A DNA stretch of 10,144 nt, from the NCBI GenBank assembly GCA_964636085.1, contig CAZWPQ010000038.1, positions 8,765 through 18,908 of the forward strand, read 5' to 3'. The DNA is from an uncultured Nitrososphaerota archaeon (GTDB lineage: Archaea > Asgardarchaeota > Njordarchaeia > Njordarchaeales > Panguiarchaeaceae). A program made the translations under genes and the position numbers. The notes under the pieces were generated by a model. That model was not told where the DNA came from and made no database searches. It saw only the letters and a program-made list of their open reading frames with translations. Positions 8,101 through 10,144 of the stretch are shown here, piece after piece; the stretch's first letter is position 1; every line of letters begins with the position of its first letter.

Positions 8101-8910
8101 AATATTAGGTTTGGGCTGTCCCTGTCGCCAAAAGCTGATATTTGTCATATAGTTTAGGGGATAGCCATAACTAAAAGAGTAGACAAGTGCAAAATTGTTG
8201 TCCTCACTTGCTATTCTCATATGGAGAAGTATAATTGTTTGCCAACGATGGAGACTTATGAGCTGTATTCTCTCAAACTCTTGATCATAGACTGATAGAT
8301 TATAGTACTTGTAGACATATATAAGGGATTGTCTCCATCCACGCCCTATCTTTACGGAGAAAGTAATGATCATAGACTCATTAGATAATATTGTAGAATC
8401 TAGGTGGGTAAGTACAGGATTATCAAATTGACCATATGTAATATTGAAGGAGGATACTACTTGGCAATCGGTAATATTTGCGTGTCTTACATCTATATCT
8501 ATCCTGCTATAATTAACCCTCAATACTATAAAGGTAATGTTAATAAAACTACCAGAGGCATTGACGAAGGGCGTAGAATATGAGATCGTATAGTACATTA
8601 TGTTTCTATGCCTCTTGTCTCTCTCTGCATCTATATGCGAAACATTTATGTACCTCGAGTAATGAGAAATGAACTTTGAAACCCAACCATGAGTCGACAT
8701 GTTTATCACATAAAATTCCGAAGACACGGAGCGAAGGGTCTTGCTATCTGTGCTTATAGAATGTATCTCCATGCGGTTCCCAATGTATATAGTATGCTCC
8801 AGCCTTCCATCCTCATTTTTGCATTTCCTAGCATCCTTTGGGTAGGTATGATGACTTACGACAAACGACGATGCGACAACTATAAAGAGGATTAGAAATA
8901 CATATCTCAT
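5137..8910 (-). CDS. Large single-pass surface protein: signal peptide, glycosylated ectodomain, ~25 TSP3-like Ca-binding repeats, TM helix, cytoplasmic longin-like domain
   Basis: ATG 8910 (after GGTGG) preferred over TTG 8925, giving 1257 aa. N-terminal MRYVFLILFIVVASSFVV signal, many N-x-S/T sequons, DxDxDGLxDxxE repeats, TM YIILIVIILAIGIY (5551-5592) followed by basic residues, and a C-terminal ~125-aa domain with GGVPLF..DINLISSGLLGIYTMTGE..FATWSG. Confidence 0.9.
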   Translation of the reverse strand: MRYVFLILFIVVASSFVVSHHTYPKDARKCKNEDGRLEHTIYIGNRMEIHSISTDSKTLRSVSSEFYVINMSTHGWVSKFISHYSRYINVSHIDAERDKRHRNIMYYTISYSTPFVNASGSFINITFIVLRVNYSRIDIDVRHANITDCQVVSSFNITYGQFDNPVLTHLDSTILSNESMIITFSVKIGRGWRQSLIYVYKYYNLSVYDQEFERIQLISLHRWQTIILLHMRIASEDNNFALVYSFSYGYPLNYMTNISFWRQGQPKPNITEVSGFEFEATGMSNVLLKNDTVYVVIPNYFSPSDEDYLSIITWNTSGGNAPSWEDLHTASDLYRLFGDIPHLEHTAISIINESKILILWEGHTEFTQYLFYTIYPDWSWSSMYEVICSTRSASCFISLDNNDSDLSTVFMAIEYSPEYRIYRPIQLIAIYNETHNAFEWFGPYTMGIGPVSTQYISAFMNESMDIIGVARFTDGKNMYIGPLIVLHDEDKDFLGDWEESNEYNTFKHDPDSDDDGIVDGSEIYIYCTYPLDDDSDDDGLDDRFEIEIRPNKTYPEYGGVTNIYKTDPLNDDTDGDLINDYCEVTGDYSVGGRHGYRTNPVEKDTDNDGLDDYTEIFLGLEYWVNSTNNKFTAFPNATLVDTDGDGLSDREEKIRKLNPCDSDTDMDLLSDYYEIHKFDTNPHIKDCDGDGLPDCEIFMYGTDPNNNDTDGDMLDDYSEIMIYYSNPRNPDTDGDRLLDGEELLYHCEIKDNDTDDDGIDDYEEVKVYGTSPILNDTDGDGLGDYNETKIYYTNPLVSDTDSDGLTDYEECIIYGTNPLDPDSDGDRLGDFEEISYGVDPNDRDTDDDNLTDWDEIFIYGTDPTKVDTDGDNLSDYEEITGINISYIGIRTTDPREIDTDGDNITDGQEVLLHTDPTQRDTDSDGLDDYEEINIYYTDPCSSDSDADGLSDYEEIKVFYTRPCLNDSDGDNISDYDEVKVYGTNPNSPDSDGDGLYDLDEIMGIYIEGIGNVTLDPLSNDTDKDGLSDDFEVSEKTNPASRDTDGDGLSDYDEIKNYGTDPRSIDTDHDTIPDNDEIRRGTDPLRKDTDMDLIPDNMDMLLPTFPDYIILIVIILAIGIYKAHSYGLFRNWRKDIISIGFADVGGVPLFIVPEDFETGYDINLISSGLLGIYTMTGEITGKEIEKLVLSGELPIFICRGETCMSFTFIKREYPRLIKQLYRLHKEAEQRYGELFATWSGLTEEVEEVKRWLIEKLGK
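5617..7449 (-). repeat. Array of ~25 acidic thrombospondin type-3-like calcium-binding repeats (consensus TDPxxxDTDGDGLxDYxE, mostly 22-23 aa)
   Basis: Counted by eye from DEDKDFLGDWEE to DTDMDLIPDNMD. Units are diverged at the DNA level and several carry loop insertions. Confidence 0.92.
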
Positions 8911-8954
8911 ATAAATCGCCACCAAACTACTTTATTACTAATATATATAGGGAA

Positions 8955-8998
8955 TATATAGATTTTATATTTCTTTGTTTTTTCTATTCGCAAAAAAG
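8955..8998 (-). promoter_or_regulatory. Putative BRE/TATA promoter of the large surface-protein gene, preceded by an oligo-T terminator candidate for the upstream genes
   Basis: Minus strand: TCTTTTTTG (T6 at 8992-8997), then purine-rich AAACAAAGAA, then ATATAAAA (8963-8970), about 55 nt upstream of ATG 8910. Confidence 0.45.
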
Positions 8999-9029
8999 AT
9001 GGGAGATGGATAAATCTTGATAAAATTGA

Positions 9030-9236
9030 TTATGTTAGAATCTTTCGTAACCTCTCTATGTCCCTCTTATTCACTCTTTCCTCATCCCTTATCTCGATTA
9101 TTATATTTACAGTCGATCTGCCATGGTATATCTTTACTACTATTGCATCTCCATATGCCTTTTTAAGGTTTTCAATCTCCCTTATTATCTCCCAGTATTC
9201 ATCACTTCCAAAACGAACCGTCAACATCTCAATCAT
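9030..9236 (-). CDS. Small hypothetical protein (68 aa), probably co-transcribed with the serine dehydratase-like gene
   Basis: ATG 9236 has GGGTG 7 nt upstream (the track start at 9251 is TTG) and lies 17 nt after the upstream stop. Protein-like alpha/beta pattern and charged composition. Confidence 0.7.
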   Translation of the reverse strand: MIEMLTVRFGSDEYWEIIREIENLKKAYGDAIVVKIYHGRSTVNIIIEIRDEERVNKRDIERLRKILT

Positions 9237-9253
9237 TCTAGACGCACCCAACG

Positions 9254-10144
9254 CTATTTTGCCCAGTCGATCTTCTTTTCGAATAATGAAATAATCTCAT
9301 CCTCTATCCCCTCCTCAGATAACCTGCACAATGCATATGAGCAAGAAATAGGTCCGGTACCAGACTCCTTAAGCGCCCTTGCCAATATTTCTCCTGTTCT
9401 TTTGACCGCCTCTACCGCACAACGGAGAGTTATTAAAGGCCTATAACCACTAGTCATCAACTCTGCTATTTGCAATGGTAATGTGCTTAGGACAGCGTTT
9501 CTTGAGATGCATGGAACTTCTACATAGCCTAACAGCGGATCGCATGCTAGGCCTTGAAGGCTAAGTAGGGCCACAGCGACGCCATCTAGTATGGTTTTGA
9601 TCCTATTTTCCAAGGAAACATTCCTATCAAGCATTAGATCTATGAGTGCTCCAGCAGCCATACCTATGGATGTTCCTATTTCAGCAAGGCAACCATGTTG
9701 AGAACCTGATACAGACATATTATTTGCCACATATGCACCAATAGCAGCCGCGGTATAGTGTGCGTAGAGAAACTCCTTTGAGCTCCTCTTAATGTTACTA
9801 TTCTCGGCTATACATCTTAGGTTGGCTGGTAGAATACTAGAGGCCCCTCCAGTTGGTGCACTCACAACAATACCCATCTCAGCATTAAGTATTTGTGTCC
9901 TTAGGGTATAATCCATTAGTTTTCCAAATATGGATTTTTTCTTGGTTTTCAGTGCCGAGAACTCCTTCTCTACGTACTTTGAATACCTATAAGATGTCAA
10001 ATTTTTCTCCGTATTTTCCCACATTAGATCGCGTATAAGACTCATTAACTCATCCGTATTTTCCGCGATTTCAAATTCCAAATTATGTATGTATTCCCCA
10101 AACATCCCTGTCTCCAAGTTTGCCCCATCTAACATATCTCCCCG
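9254..10144 (-). CDS. sdaA: Iron-sulfur-dependent L-serine dehydratase alpha-subunit-type protein (5' end probably outside the window)
   Basis: Motifs IVVSAPTGGASSILPA, SVSGSQHGCLAEIG..MAAGAL, GLACDPLLGYVEVPCISRNA, LKESGTG; three cluster-ligating Cys present. The frame is open upstream of ATG 10135 to the window edge (CGG GGA GAT ATG). Confidence 0.85.
   Translation of the reverse strand, partial: RGDMLDGANLETGMFGEYIHNLEFEIAENTDELMSLIRDLMWENTEKNLTSYRYSKYVEKEFSALKTKKKSIFGKLMDYTLRTQILNAEMGIVVSAPTGGASSILPANLRCIAENSNIKRSSKEFLYAHYTAAAIGAYVANNMSVSGSQHGCLAEIGTSIGMAAGALIDLMLDRNVSLENRIKTILDGVAVALLSLQGLACDPLLGYVEVPCISRNAVLSTLPLQIAELMTSGYRPLITLRCAVEAVKRTGEILARALKESGTGPISCSYALCRLSEEGIEDEIISLFEKKIDWAK

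Noticed and set aside
3185-9446. Small nested ORFs (3185-3388, 3520-3720, 4555-4869, 5156-5554, 6525-6731, 8689-8895, 9058-9294, 9123-9446)
   Set aside because: They overlap well-supported genes in antisense or alternative frames and have no independent coding signal.

Overview
AT-rich archaeal DNA (TATA/BRE-like promoters, GGTG-type Shine-Dalgarno motifs, many N-glycosylation sequons), most likely an Asgard-type archaeon because of a membrane-anchored longin-like domain (inference). Left to right: (1) a minus-strand Hanks-type Ser/Thr kinase fused to TPR repeats, missing from the ORF track because it runs off the left edge, ending in near-identical 102-bp repeats whose visible differences are all amino-acid-changing; (2) about 0.9 kb with no credible gene, where strand composition flips and a dif-like palindrome and a short direct repeat lie; (3) a truncated rubrerythrin/ferritin-like gene coupled to a flavodiiron protein gene (fprA); (4) a divergent polytopic membrane protein carrying motifs I recognise from CLN6, the eukaryotic Batten-disease ER protein; (5) a ~1257-aa single-pass receptor-like protein (signal peptide, glycosylated ectodomain, ~25 Ca-binding TSP3-like repeats, TM helix, cytoplasmic longin-like domain); (6) a small hypothetical gene and a divergent Fe-S L-serine dehydratase alpha-type gene, probably cut by the right edge. 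All family calls come from manual motif recognition; no searches were run.
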